Below the pieces are notes generated by a model. That model did not search any database, was not told the DNA's origin, and saw only the letters and a program-made list of their open reading frames with translations. From positions 469-64,468 of the forward strand of contig JASJHQ010000076.1 of the NCBI GenBank assembly GCA_037625715.1: a stretch of 64,000 bases of DNA. Direction: 5' to 3'. Both the position numbers and the translations under genes were made by a program. This document shows, piece after piece, positions 19,257 through 28,464 of this stretch; positions within the stretch are counted from its first letter, which is position 1; every line of letters starts with the position of its first letter. The stretch comes from Flavobacteriales bacterium (lineage in GTDB: Bacteria > Bacteroidota > Bacteroidia > Flavobacteriales > UBA7312).

Positions 19257-21149
19257 ATGAAAAACTTCTATCTAATCTTATGTTTGGTTGGGCTATGTAC
19301 AAACCTTTTTTCACAAACTACTAATTCTCAAAGAGCCAAAAAGGAAAATATTATTGTTAATCATGAAAACTCATTTAACAATAGTGCTAGAAAATTAGTA
19401 GACTGCTCCCAAACTTCAGGATTACTTTATTGTGAAGACTTCGAATCGACAACAACAACAGCACTTCCTAACAATCTAACCACTTTTTCAGAAGAAGATA
19501 ATTACGTCGTGCCTATTTTAGGTGTAAACGAATCAGTAACAGGGTTTTACATCGGAGACGGCTCCGCAGCTAGAGAAGGGGGCTTTTGGCAAATAACAGA
19601 TCATGGAAAGTTCGCAATGACTAATGACAATGCTTGCAGACCAGCAGGATCAATTCCGAATGAAAATAATAATTGCAACTTATCTTTCGAAGTTCTTCAA
19701 TTACCAACACTAGATTTTAGCGGACAACCAAATGTATACATACAGTTCGAATATTTCCATGACAAATTATATGGAGGCGGTGACGCAATGTTAGAAGTAA
19801 GTACAAATGGTGGAACATCTTGGATAATGGTTGGGGATATTTTAGATGAAGGAAATGGATGGCAGTTATATATTTTAAATTTTGAAGATTATTTGGATTC
19901 TACTGCAGTAGATATTCGTATTATATGGAGTGACGATAATAATTGGGGAACAGGATTTGCTATTGACGACATTCAGGTTGGGGCATTGCCTGACTATAAT
20001 GTTTCTCTAATAGAGCCACAGTTTGGTTTTCCTAGTTCGTTTTTTGGAGTTAGTGGCTACAATATAACCCCACTAAATCAAGCAATGAATGCAGGCTATA
20101 ACTTTTATGGCTATTTAAAAAATACAGGGGTAAATACCTTAGACAGCGCACGCATAAATGCTCAAATTACTTCTCCAACATTCGCTACTCAAAGCTATGG
20201 ATTAAATCTTGAATCTATAGTGCAAGACACTCTCATTTGCAATGATGTCTTCATAGCTACATCTACAGGACAGTATTCTGCAAATCTAAATGCTAGCACA
20301 GATAACTCATTAATAACAGAGGATCAGACTGTATCATTTGAGGTAAGCGAATTTATTTACGCGAGGGATTTGGCTCAAAACAGTGATGACTTCAATGGAG
20401 GTGCGTTCATAAACGATCAGGGAACAGAACAAAGAGGAAATACCTTTGACATTTATGCCGATGCAGATTTGCATGGAGTTAGAGTAAGGTTTCACCCGCG
20501 AACAACTCCGAATGCTTTAGCTAAAATTTATTTAAATGAGGTTGGAGTAACGAATGATGGTCAATTAGACGTAGTTTTTTTAACCGAAACAAATTTTAAA
20601 GAAGTTGGAAGCTATACAAACGACTGGGTAGATATTGCTTTTACTAATCCTATACCAGTTAATCAAGGTGATGTAATCGCTGTAACAGTATTCGCAGAAT
20701 TTGATGGGCTAGATACTGTCGCTCTTTGTCTTAATGGAAATAGCACAAATGGAGAATCGATTATTGAAGATATAACAGGATTAGGGGCGAATGCACCAAA
20801 TTCCTGGTTTACTTCACCATCGACACCAATGATTAGACTAAATTTTGATCCTAACATTCAAGGAATAGGTGATCCTGTAAATATAAATGAGATAGAGAAA
20901 CTAAAAATAGGAGTTCATCCAAATCCTAATAATGGGGAGTTCCAATTAAGTTTAAATAGTGAAAAATCAAAAGATTTAAACTTAAGCATACACAATGTTT
21001 TAGGACAAGAAGTGTACAATGAGTCCTTACAATCTGTTGTAACTTTAACAAAAAGCTTAAACTTAAGCCATCTAGAAAAAGGTATATACAACATTATTTT
21101 ATCCGACAAAATAGGCAGAACTCAAACACAAAAAATTATTATTCAATAA
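19257..21149 (+). CDS. Secreted T9SS-sorted protein, paralog A2 (type-A N-module)
   Basis: The start is moved to ATG 19257 (signal peptide MKNFYLILCLVGLCTNLFSQ), because the track start at 19188 lies inside a terminator hairpin. FEYFHDKLYGGGDA..WSDDNNWGTGFAIDDIQV. C-terminus HPNPNNGEFQLSL. Confidence 0.85.
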   Translation: MKNFYLILCLVGLCTNLFSQTTNSQRAKKENIIVNHENSFNNSARKLVDCSQTSGLLYCEDFESTTTTALPNNLTTFSEEDNYVVPILGVNESVTGFYIGDGSAAREGGFWQITDHGKFAMTNDNACRPAGSIPNENNNCNLSFEVLQLPTLDFSGQPNVYIQFEYFHDKLYGGGDAMLEVSTNGGTSWIMVGDILDEGNGWQLYILNFEDYLDSTAVDIRIIWSDDNNWGTGFAIDDIQVGALPDYNVSLIEPQFGFPSSFFGVSGYNITPLNQAMNAGYNFYGYLKNTGVNTLDSARINAQITSPTFATQSYGLNLESIVQDTLICNDVFIATSTGQYSANLNASTDNSLITEDQTVSFEVSEFIYARDLAQNSDDFNGGAFINDQGTEQRGNTFDIYADADLHGVRVRFHPRTTPNALAKIYLNEVGVTNDGQLDVVFLTETNFKEVGSYTNDWVDIAFTNPIPVNQGDVIAVTVFAEFDGLDTVALCLNGNSTNGESIIEDITGLGANAPNSWFTSPSTPMIRLNFDPNIQGIGDPVNINEIEKLKIGVHPNPNNGEFQLSLNSEKSKDLNLSIHNVLGQEVYNESLQSVVTLTKSLNLSHLEKGIYNIILSDKIGRTQTQKIIIQ

Positions 21150-21171
21150 TAATTGCAGAATAAAGGCTAAT

Positions 21172-21200
21172 AAAAAAGGGGTGATAGTCACCCCTTTTTT
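21172..21200. terminator. Bidirectional intrinsic terminator between paralog A2 (+) and the mlaF-like gene (-)
   Basis: aaaaaa-ggggtga-tag-tcacccc-tttttt: a 7-bp GC-rich stem flanked by an A6 tract and a T6 tract, so it is usable on both strands. Confidence 0.8.
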
Positions 21201-21945
21201 ATTGCTTTAGTTTTTTAAATAGTTGGGATGCAAAAACGAAATCGTTTAATACTTGACAATCAGAAGACATTATAGATTTTTTATCGCCAGTCCATGCCAA
21301 TTCTCCTTCACTAATAAAGGCGATATTGTCTCCTATTTCCATAACAGAATTCATATCATGGGTGTTTACAACAGTAGTGATATTATATTCTTGGGTTATC
21401 TCTTGAATAAGGTTGTCAATAATAATTGCTGTTTGAGGATCAAGACCTGAATTAGGCTCATCGCAAAACAAATACTTTGGTTTTAATGCAATAGCCCTAG
21501 CAATAGCAACTCTTTTAATCATACCTCCACTAAGTTCGGAAGGATAAAGATTGTTAGCGTTAGATAAATTAACTCTGTTTAAGCAAAAAGCGATTCTATC
21601 GTCTTTTTCTTTTTGACTCATTGTCGTGAACATATCAAGACCAAAAGAAATATTTTGTTTAACAGTAAGGTAATCGAACAAAGCACCACCCTGAAACAAC
21701 ATTCCTATATCTTGTCTTAAAACTCTTTGTTCTTTTTTATCTAATAGAATAAAATCTCTTCCATCAAAACTAATAGATCCAGAGTCCTGTTGATGAAGAC
21801 CAACCATACATTTAATTAGAGTTGTCTTTCCAGATCCACTTGCGCCTATAATAAGATTGGTTTTGCCTGCTTCAAAATTAAATGAAACATCCTTCAATAC
21901 ATGATTGGAACCAAATGACTTGTTTATATTTTTAATCTCTATCAT
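21199..21945 (-). CDS. ABC transporter ATP-binding protein (MlaF-like)
   Basis: Walker A GASGSGKTT, signature LSGGM and Walker B LFCDEP. It overlaps the upstream permease gene by 4 nt. Confidence 0.85.
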   Translation of the reverse strand: MIEIKNINKSFGSNHVLKDVSFNFEAGKTNLIIGASGSGKTTLIKCMVGLHQQDSGSISFDGRDFILLDKKEQRVLRQDIGMLFQGGALFDYLTVKQNISFGLDMFTTMSQKEKDDRIAFCLNRVNLSNANNLYPSELSGGMIKRVAIARAIALKPKYLFCDEPNSGLDPQTAIIIDNLIQEITQEYNITTVVNTHDMNSVMEIGDNIAFISEGELAWTGDKKSIMSSDCQVLNDFVFASQLFKKLKQ

Positions 21946-22685
21946 GACAACATTAATTGAGTAATAATAAAATTAATGATTAACACAACTATACTACTGT
22001 AAACAACTGCTTTAGTACTTGACTTACCTACTGCCAGAGCACCTCCTTTGGTGTAGTATCCGAAATAAGAAGATATAGAAGAAATTGCAAAAGCAAAAAA
22101 CACAGTTTTAACTAAAGCATAAAAAATATAATATGGCTCGAACCAGTAACTTAATCCGTATAAAAATTCGGCTTTACTAATTATCCCTCCTAAGGTTGCA
22201 GCCAAATAACCGCCAAACATTCCGATACCCATACTTAAGACAACTAAGAAGGGAAAGAAAAAAACAGAAGCAATTATTTTAGGTTGAATGATAAAAGCGC
22301 TAGAGTTGATACCCATAATTTCTAAAGCATCAATTTGTTCTGAAACTCGCATAGTACCTATTTCGGAGGCAATACTAGAACCTACTTTTCCTGCTAGAAT
22401 AAGTGCAATCATAGTAGGCGAAAATTCTAAAATCAAGGATTCTCTTGTGGCGTAGCCAATTAAATATTTTGGAATAAAAGGATTATTTAGCTGAAGACCA
22501 GTCTGAATAGTAACAACAGCCCCCATAAATAGAGATATAATAGACACTATGGCAAGAGAATTTACTCCCAAATTAACCATTTCATCTACTACTTTTTTAA
22601 AATAAACACTGCTGTTTTCGGGCTTACTAAAAACTTGTTTTAAAAGAGAAAAATATTTACCGATTTTTTGAATTGCTACAATCAT
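21942..22685 (-). CDS. ABC transporter permease (MlaE-like)
   Basis: 247-aa membrane ORF of MlaE/YrbE size and layout, paired with the MlaF-like ATPase. Confidence 0.75.
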   Translation of the reverse strand: MIVAIQKIGKYFSLLKQVFSKPENSSVYFKKVVDEMVNLGVNSLAIVSIISLFMGAVVTIQTGLQLNNPFIPKYLIGYATRESLILEFSPTMIALILAGKVGSSIASEIGTMRVSEQIDALEIMGINSSAFIIQPKIIASVFFFPFLVVLSMGIGMFGGYLAATLGGIISKAEFLYGLSYWFEPYYIFYALVKTVFFAFAISSISSYFGYYTKGGALAVGKSSTKAVVYSSIVVLIINFIITQLMLS

Positions 22686-22703
22686 ATATTTAGAGAGTCA
22701 CAT

Positions 22704-22711
22704 CAAAAGTA
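22704..22711 (-). promoter_or_regulatory. -7 box TAnnTTTG (tacttttg) upstream of mlaE-like gene
   Basis: Exact match, 18 nt upstream of ATG 22685. Confidence 0.5.
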
Positions 22712-22775
22712 ATAATAATAAAGCTTAACTTTATAATCTATAATTAATTTATTAATCAACAAAAACTTCTACACC

Positions 22776-22904
22776 TTGATCAAATTTAAATGGGCCTTAT
22801 TCTTGCTGATTTTCAGTTCTATGATTTCCTGTAAATCAATTAAAGAAAATTGCGATTGTCCGAATTTTTCAGACAATAGCAAAGAGACCAAAAAAAACGT
22901 TTAA
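22776..22904 (+). CDS. Candidate 42-aa lipoprotein-like small ORF (TTG start), not in the ORF track
   Basis: Reading by hand gives (TTG)IKFKWALFLLIFSSMISCKSIKENCDCPNFSDNSKETKKNV-stop. The hydrophobic leader ends in a lipobox-like MISC. A 7/8 -7 box (taacttta) sits at 22726-22733. Confidence 0.3.
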   Translation: MIKFKWALFLLIFSSMISCKSIKENCDCPNFSDNSKETKKNV

Positions 22905-22943
22905 GCTTTAGTTAGATTAATTCTAAATAAGTAAATTAGCACC

Positions 22944-23171
22944 ATGATAAAGTTAGCTGACTTAAAACAAGGTGAAGAGGGTATAATAGACTCTTTTTCA
23001 GATACAGAAATGTCTTTAAAACTAATGGAGATGGGCTGTCTTCCAGGAGAAAAGGTTTCTATCGAACGCACTGCTCCTCTTGGCGACCCTATTGCAATTT
23101 CTATTTCCGGCTATTTATTAAGCGTAAGAAAAGATGAAGCTGATACTGTTCTAGTACAGCAAGAAAGATAA
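22944..23171 (+). CDS. feoA: Ferrous iron transport protein A
   Basis: 75-aa FeoA-type SH3-like protein (MGCLPGEKVSIERTAPLGDPIAISI), immediately upstream of feoB. Confidence 0.9.
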   Translation: MIKLADLKQGEEGIIDSFSDTEMSLKLMEMGCLPGEKVSIERTAPLGDPIAISISGYLLSVRKDEADTVLVQQER

Positions 23172-23176
23172 GAAGA

Positions 23177-25291
23177 TTGAAAGATAGTAAAAGAAAAATC
23201 ACGGTTGCACTAGTAGGAAATCCTAATAGCGGAAAAACCACCCTTTTTAACAACTTAACTGGCCTAAATCAAAAGGTAGGAAATTTCCCCGGAATTACGG
23301 TGGAAAAAAAAGTTGGTGCTTGTCAAATTTCTCAACTTGCTAGTACAAACATCATAGACACCGAATTCATTGACCTGCCAGGAACATATAGCTTGTATCC
23401 TAAATCAATGGAAGAAACTATTTGTTCGGAAGTGCTTTGCAATCCTTTTCACGAAAACAAACCAGATGTTAATATAATAGTTGCAGACGCATCAAACTTA
23501 AAAAGATCACTCAACTTAGCTACTCAGGTAATAGATCTAAAGATTCCGTCTATTTTAGCTTTAAACATGATGGATCTTGTAGAGTCTGACGGCATTGTCA
23601 TTAATGTAGAAAGCCTAGAAAAAAAACTTGGAATTCCTGTAATTACCATCAATGCTAGAAAAAAGATTGGAATTGGCAATCTAAAACAAGCAATCTTAAA
23701 ATTTGAAAAACAAGAACTTCCTGAAGACTTTGTTGATATAAATAATATTAGTAAAGAAACATTTGAGGGAATAAAAGAAATAATAGGATTAAAAATAAAC
23801 GACTTTACTTGCCTGCAGCTAGCTTGTAATATAAAAAGCAATAAACATTATTCTAAAGAAATAAAAGAACAGTTAATAAATGTTCTGGAAGAAAACAAAT
23901 TCAATCCTAAAAGAGCTCAAGCAACAGAAACAGTTCGTAGATACAAGTCTATTTCTCAATTATTAGAAGAATGTGTCGTCTATCCTAAATCAAGCAAAAA
24001 CAACAATCTTACTCAGAAATTAGACAATATCATTACTCATCCTATTTGGGGATTTGTGGTGTTTTTAAGTGTTTTATTTCTAATTTTTCAAGCCGTTTTT
24101 TCATGGTCATCTTTACCAATGGATCTAATTGATCAAGGGATGGCAAATCTTTCTGTATTTGTTTCTGAAATACTTCCGGCGGGAGCCTTAAACAATTTAA
24201 TTGTTGACGGTATTATTGCAGGCTTAGGGGGTATTGTCATTTTCATTCCTCAAATAGCCATACTTTTTGCTTTTATTGCAATTCTAGAAGATACTGGCTA
24301 TATGTCTAGAGTTAGTTTCATTACCGATAAAATAATGAGAGGATTTGGACTTTCTGGCCGTTCGATTATACCTCTTTTGAGTGGTGCTGCTTGTGCTATT
24401 CCGGCTGTTATGTCAGCTAGAACAATACCAAACTGGAAAGAAAGAATCATTACTATTATGGTTGTTCCGTTAATGAGTTGTTCTGCAAGAATCCCTGTCT
24501 ATACCTTATTAATTTCGATGATGATTCCTTCAGAAAAAAGTTGGCTCATTTTCAATCTTCAAGGATTAATTATGATGGGGTTTTACCTGATTGGTTTTAT
24601 TGCAGCTCTAGTAGTAGCAAAAATCATGAAACATATATTGAAGTCTGAAGAAAAATCTTTTTACGTTATGGAAATGCCTACCTATAAAGCTCCAGACTGG
24701 AAAAGTGTAGCAATAACCTTAGTAGAAAAAGTTAAAATATTTCTTGTAGATGCTGGTAAAATAATTGTTGCTGTATCTATCGTTTTGTGGGTTCTGTCTT
24801 CTTATGGGCCTTCAAATACTTTTGAGCAGATTGAGCAAAAATATGAACTAGAAGAAAACTCTGAAGCACTAATTGCAAGTGAAAAATTAGAAGCATCTTA
24901 TGCTGGTATTATCGGAAAAAGCATTGAACCTGCCATAAGACCTTTGGGCTTCGATTGGAGAATAGGCATTTCTATTATTACTTCTTTTGCAGCTAGAGAA
25001 GTTTTTGTTGGAACCATGTCTACAATCTATAGTGTTGGCGATTCTAACAATAGCAAGTCTATTAAAGAGAAATTAATGTCTCATAAAAACCCTGAAACAG
25101 GCGAAGCATTTTTCACACCTGCAGTTGCAATATCTCTAATGTTATTTTACGCTTTTGCTATGCAGTGTATGAGCACATTAGCAATAGTGTACAGAGAAAC
25201 TAACGGATGGAAATGGCCATTAATTCAGTTTGTATATATGAGTGCACTAGCTTACTTTGCAAGCTACGTAGCTTATCAATTATTAAAGTAA
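23177..25291 (+). CDS. feoB: Ferrous iron transporter B
   Basis: 704-aa ORF with an N-terminal G domain (GNPNSGKTTLFN, DLPGTYSL) and a polytopic C-terminal permease. The start is TTG. Confidence 0.95.
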   Translation: MKDSKRKITVALVGNPNSGKTTLFNNLTGLNQKVGNFPGITVEKKVGACQISQLASTNIIDTEFIDLPGTYSLYPKSMEETICSEVLCNPFHENKPDVNIIVADASNLKRSLNLATQVIDLKIPSILALNMMDLVESDGIVINVESLEKKLGIPVITINARKKIGIGNLKQAILKFEKQELPEDFVDINNISKETFEGIKEIIGLKINDFTCLQLACNIKSNKHYSKEIKEQLINVLEENKFNPKRAQATETVRRYKSISQLLEECVVYPKSSKNNNLTQKLDNIITHPIWGFVVFLSVLFLIFQAVFSWSSLPMDLIDQGMANLSVFVSEILPAGALNNLIVDGIIAGLGGIVIFIPQIAILFAFIAILEDTGYMSRVSFITDKIMRGFGLSGRSIIPLLSGAACAIPAVMSARTIPNWKERIITIMVVPLMSCSARIPVYTLLISMMIPSEKSWLIFNLQGLIMMGFYLIGFIAALVVAKIMKHILKSEEKSFYVMEMPTYKAPDWKSVAITLVEKVKIFLVDAGKIIVAVSIVLWVLSSYGPSNTFEQIEQKYELEENSEALIASEKLEASYAGIIGKSIEPAIRPLGFDWRIGISIITSFAAREVFVGTMSTIYSVGDSNNSKSIKEKLMSHKNPETGEAFFTPAVAISLMLFYAFAMQCMSTLAIVYRETNGWKWPLIQFVYMSALAYFASYVAYQLLK

Positions 25292-25872
25292 TGTACTCGC
25301 TAAGCGCTTATTTACCAGCCCAAAGCATACAACAAATTTCAGAGTGGCTTGAGCAACACAACTGCAATCTCAAGATAAGCAACCCAAGAAAAACAAAATT
25401 TGGAGACTATAGGTTTGTGAACAACCAGCATCATATTACCATTAATAATGATTTAAATAAATATGCATTTCTTGTAACCTTAACTCACGAAATAGCACAT
25501 ATGTTCGTTTTTGAAAAATACAGAAACGCTGTCTTACCTCATGGCACAGAATGGAAAATGACATTTCAAAGACTGATGCTAAACTTCATTCCTATTTTAC
25601 CAGAAGATATACAGAAATCCATTTCTCATCATATAAAGAATCCGAAAGCATCGACCTGTTCTGATCCTAAACTATTCTCCATATTAAGCAATTACGACGA
25701 TGAGAAACACCTTGTAGTTTGTGAAATAGAAGATAACACAAGGTTTTTTACTGTCGATGGAAATGCATTTGAAAGAATATGCAAAGTAAGAACAAGAATA
25801 AAGTGTAGAAAAATTGCAAATAATAAATTATACCTCTTTAATCCTAATTGTAAAATAGTTCTAAATCAATAA
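25291..25872 (+). CDS. SprT-like zinc-metalloprotease-fold protein
   Basis: HExxH motif in LTHEIAHMFVFE, and a C-terminal Cys pattern (C..C..C..C) suggesting a zinc ribbon. The start is moved to ATG 25291, which overlaps the feoB stop (TAATG); the track start at 25207 lies inside feoB. Confidence 0.65.
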   Translation: MYSLSAYLPAQSIQQISEWLEQHNCNLKISNPRKTKFGDYRFVNNQHHITINNDLNKYAFLVTLTHEIAHMFVFEKYRNAVLPHGTEWKMTFQRLMLNFIPILPEDIQKSISHHIKNPKASTCSDPKLFSILSNYDDEKHLVVCEIEDNTRFFTVDGNAFERICKVRTRIKCRKIANNKLYLFNPNCKIVLNQ

Positions 25873-25927
25873 TTAGAAAATATGTATTGATTTCACTACT
25901 TTTACATTCCTACAAACAAGCAAACTC

Positions 25928-27004
25928 ATGGATAAAAAAAACTACGCAGTTATAATGGCAGGTGGAATTGGTTCACGATTTTGGCCTATGAGCACCTCTT
26001 CCTTTCCAAAGCAATTTCTTGATATCTTAGATACTGGTGAAACACTCATCCAACAAACATTCAGACGACTCTCAAAAATCTGTCCAGCTCAAAATATTTT
26101 AATTGTAACTAATGAAAAGTACAAACAGCATTGTATAGACCAAATTCCTGAAATGGAAGTGAGCAATATTCTTTGCGAACCAATGATGAGAAATACTGCT
26201 CCGTGTATTGCTTATGCTGCTTTTAAAATTGCTCAAAAAGAACCAGAGGCAAACATTATTGTCGCTCCCTCTGATCATCTGATTACTAATGAAGATGAGT
26301 TTTGTTCTATCGTTAATAAATGTTTTGAAATAAGTAGTAGAAAAGATTATTTAATAACGCTAGGAATTAAGCCTACAAGACCTGACACAGGATATGGCTA
26401 CATTCAGTTTAAAAGCAAATTAGACCATAATGAAGAAATCAATAAAGTAAAAACTTTTACAGAAAAACCCAACAAAGACTTAGCCGTCAAGTTTTTAGAT
26501 AGCGGAGATTTTTTATGGAATGCAGGAATTTTTATTTGGAATGCAAAATCAATTTTACTTTCTATAAGAAAGCATTTAAGAGACATGTATGATCTTTTTG
26601 AAGAAGGAAAAGACCTTTATAATACAGAAGGAGAATCGGAGTTTATAAATAGAATATATCCTCATTGTAAAAACATATCTGTTGACTACGGGATAATGGA
26701 AAAGTCAGATAATGTTTATGTCCAATTATCCGACTTTGGCTGGAGTGATTTAGGCACATGGACATCTCTTCAAACCCATCTAAATTTAGACGAATCAAAA
26801 AATGGAATCATTGGTGAAAACGTCACAGTTTATGACTCTAAAGACAACATAATTAATATGCCAAAAGGGAAAACAGTTGTAATCCAAGGATTGGAAGGAT
26901 ACATTGTTGTAGAAAACGAGAACACCTTATTGATTTGTCAAAAAAACAATGAGCAAGAAATCAAAAAATTTGTTTCTGATTTAAAGAAAAAATCTAGCAA
27001 ATAG
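25928..27004 (+). CDS. Mannose-1-phosphate guanylyltransferase
   Basis: N-terminal MAGGIGSRFWPMS nucleotidyltransferase motif; 358 aa with no isomerase domain. Confidence 0.85.
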   Translation: MDKKNYAVIMAGGIGSRFWPMSTSSFPKQFLDILDTGETLIQQTFRRLSKICPAQNILIVTNEKYKQHCIDQIPEMEVSNILCEPMMRNTAPCIAYAAFKIAQKEPEANIIVAPSDHLITNEDEFCSIVNKCFEISSRKDYLITLGIKPTRPDTGYGYIQFKSKLDHNEEINKVKTFTEKPNKDLAVKFLDSGDFLWNAGIFIWNAKSILLSIRKHLRDMYDLFEEGKDLYNTEGESEFINRIYPHCKNISVDYGIMEKSDNVYVQLSDFGWSDLGTWTSLQTHLNLDESKNGIIGENVTVYDSKDNIINMPKGKTVVIQGLEGYIVVENENTLLICQKNNEQEIKKFVSDLKKKSSK

Positions 27005-27005
27005 T

Positions 27006-28403
27006 CTATTTCAGACTTCCACACATATCTTTTGGCTTAACCCACTCATCAAATTCTTGAGCAGTTAGATAACCAAGATTTATTGATTCTTCTTTCAATG
27101 TTGTACCATTTTTATGAGCCGTCTTAGCAATTGTAGCTGCTTTCTCATATCCTATTTTAGTATTTAAAGCAGTAACAAGCATTAAGGAGTTATCTAAATT
27201 CTTTTTCAAATTAGAATAATTTGGCTCAATACCTTGAACACAGTTTTGGTCAAAAGAAACGCAAGCATCTCCCAACAATCTTGCCGATTGAAGCAAATTA
27301 AACGCCATCATTGGTTTAAAAACATTCAATTCGTAATGGCCTTGCATTCCACCTACAGAAATAGCAACATCATTACCCATTACTTGAGCGCAAACCATTG
27401 TAATAGCCTCGCATTGGGTAGGATTAACTTTTCCTGGCATTATAGACGAGCCAGGCTCGTTAGAAGGGATGATTAACTCACCAATACCACTTCTAGGTCC
27501 TGACGACAACAATCGAATATCATTACCAATTTTATTTAAAGAAACTGCTAATTGCTTTAGAGCTCCATGAGTTTCTACAATAGCATCGTGTGCAGCTAAA
27601 GACTCAAATTTATTTGGGGCAGTTATAAAAGGCAAATCAGTAAAACTAGCAATCTTTTCAGCTACTAGTTCTGAATAACCACTAGGTGTATTAATACCTG
27701 TTCCTACAGCTGTACCACCAAGGGCAAGCTCAGAAAGATGGGCTAAAGTATTATTAAGAGCAATCAGGGCATGGTCTAATTGAGAAACATAACCAGAAAA
27801 TTCTTGTCCTAAAGTTAAAGGAGTTGCATCCATTAGGTGTGTTCTACCAATTTTAACAACATCCATAAATTTTACAGATTTAGCTTTAAGAGTATCTCTT
27901 AATTGCTGAACCCCAGGAATAGTTGTTTCGACAACCATTTTATAAGATGCAATATGCATTCCTGTTGGAAATGTATCGTTAGAAGATTGAGACTTATTAA
28001 CGTCATCATTAGGGTGAATTTTTTTTATTTCGTCCGTAAGGCTTCCTCCTGAAATAACATGAGCTCTATTAGCAATCACTTCATTAGTATTCATGTTTGA
28101 CTGAGTACCCGAACCTGTTTGCCATACTACCAAAGGAAATTGATCATCGTGTTTTCCTTCAAGTATTTCGTCACAAACCTGAGAAATTAAATCTCTTTTT
28201 TCTGATGATAAAACACCAAGCTCACAATTTGTATGGGCAGCGGCCTTTTTTAAATACGCAAAACCGTAGATTAATTGCAATGGCATAGAAGCAGAATCGC
28301 CAATTTTAAAGTTGTTTCTTGACCTTTCAGTTTGAGCACCCCAATATTTATCAGAAGGTACTTTTACTTCTCCCATTGTATCTTTTTCAATTCTATAGCT
28401 CAT
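27006..28403 (-). CDS. fumC: Fumarate hydratase, class II
   Basis: 465 aa with the [16 protein letters not shown] fumarate lyase signature. Confidence 0.97.
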   Translation of the reverse strand: MSYRIEKDTMGEVKVPSDKYWGAQTERSRNNFKIGDSASMPLQLIYGFAYLKKAAAHTNCELGVLSSEKRDLISQVCDEILEGKHDDQFPLVVWQTGSGTQSNMNTNEVIANRAHVISGGSLTDEIKKIHPNDDVNKSQSSNDTFPTGMHIASYKMVVETTIPGVQQLRDTLKAKSVKFMDVVKIGRTHLMDATPLTLGQEFSGYVSQLDHALIALNNTLAHLSELALGGTAVGTGINTPSGYSELVAEKIASFTDLPFITAPNKFESLAAHDAIVETHGALKQLAVSLNKIGNDIRLLSSGPRSGIGELIIPSNEPGSSIMPGKVNPTQCEAITMVCAQVMGNDVAISVGGMQGHYELNVFKPMMAFNLLQSARLLGDACVSFDQNCVQGIEPNYSNLKKNLDNSLMLVTALNTKIGYEKAATIAKTAHKNGTTLKEESINLGYLTAQEFDEWVKPKDMCGSLK

Positions 28404-28429
28404 TGTTTTTTTATTAGGTAATTATCGCT

Positions 28430-28437
28430 TATTTTTG
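28430..28437 (+). promoter_or_regulatory. -7 box TAnnTTTG (tatttttg) upstream of the 48-aa small ORF
   Basis: Exact match, 27 nt upstream of ATG 28465. Confidence 0.45.
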
Positions 28438-28439
28438 TA

Positions 28440-28447
28440 CAAATCTA
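28440..28447 (-). promoter_or_regulatory. -7 box TAnnTTTG (tagatttg) upstream of fumC
   Basis: Exact match, 36 nt upstream of ATG 28403. With the + strand box it forms the palindrome tttgtacaaa. Confidence 0.45.
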
Positions 28448-28464
28448 ATTCAAATATTATAGAT

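Noticed and set aside
22732-22757. A Fur-box-like AT-rich element (tataatctataattaatttattaatc) upstream of the feoAB locus.
   Set aside because: It contains ATAAT-type hexamers, but they do not align in register with the 19-bp GATAATGATAATCATTATC consensus. In DNA this AT-rich, such similarity is expected by chance, and I do not know the Fur motif for this lineage well enough to call it.
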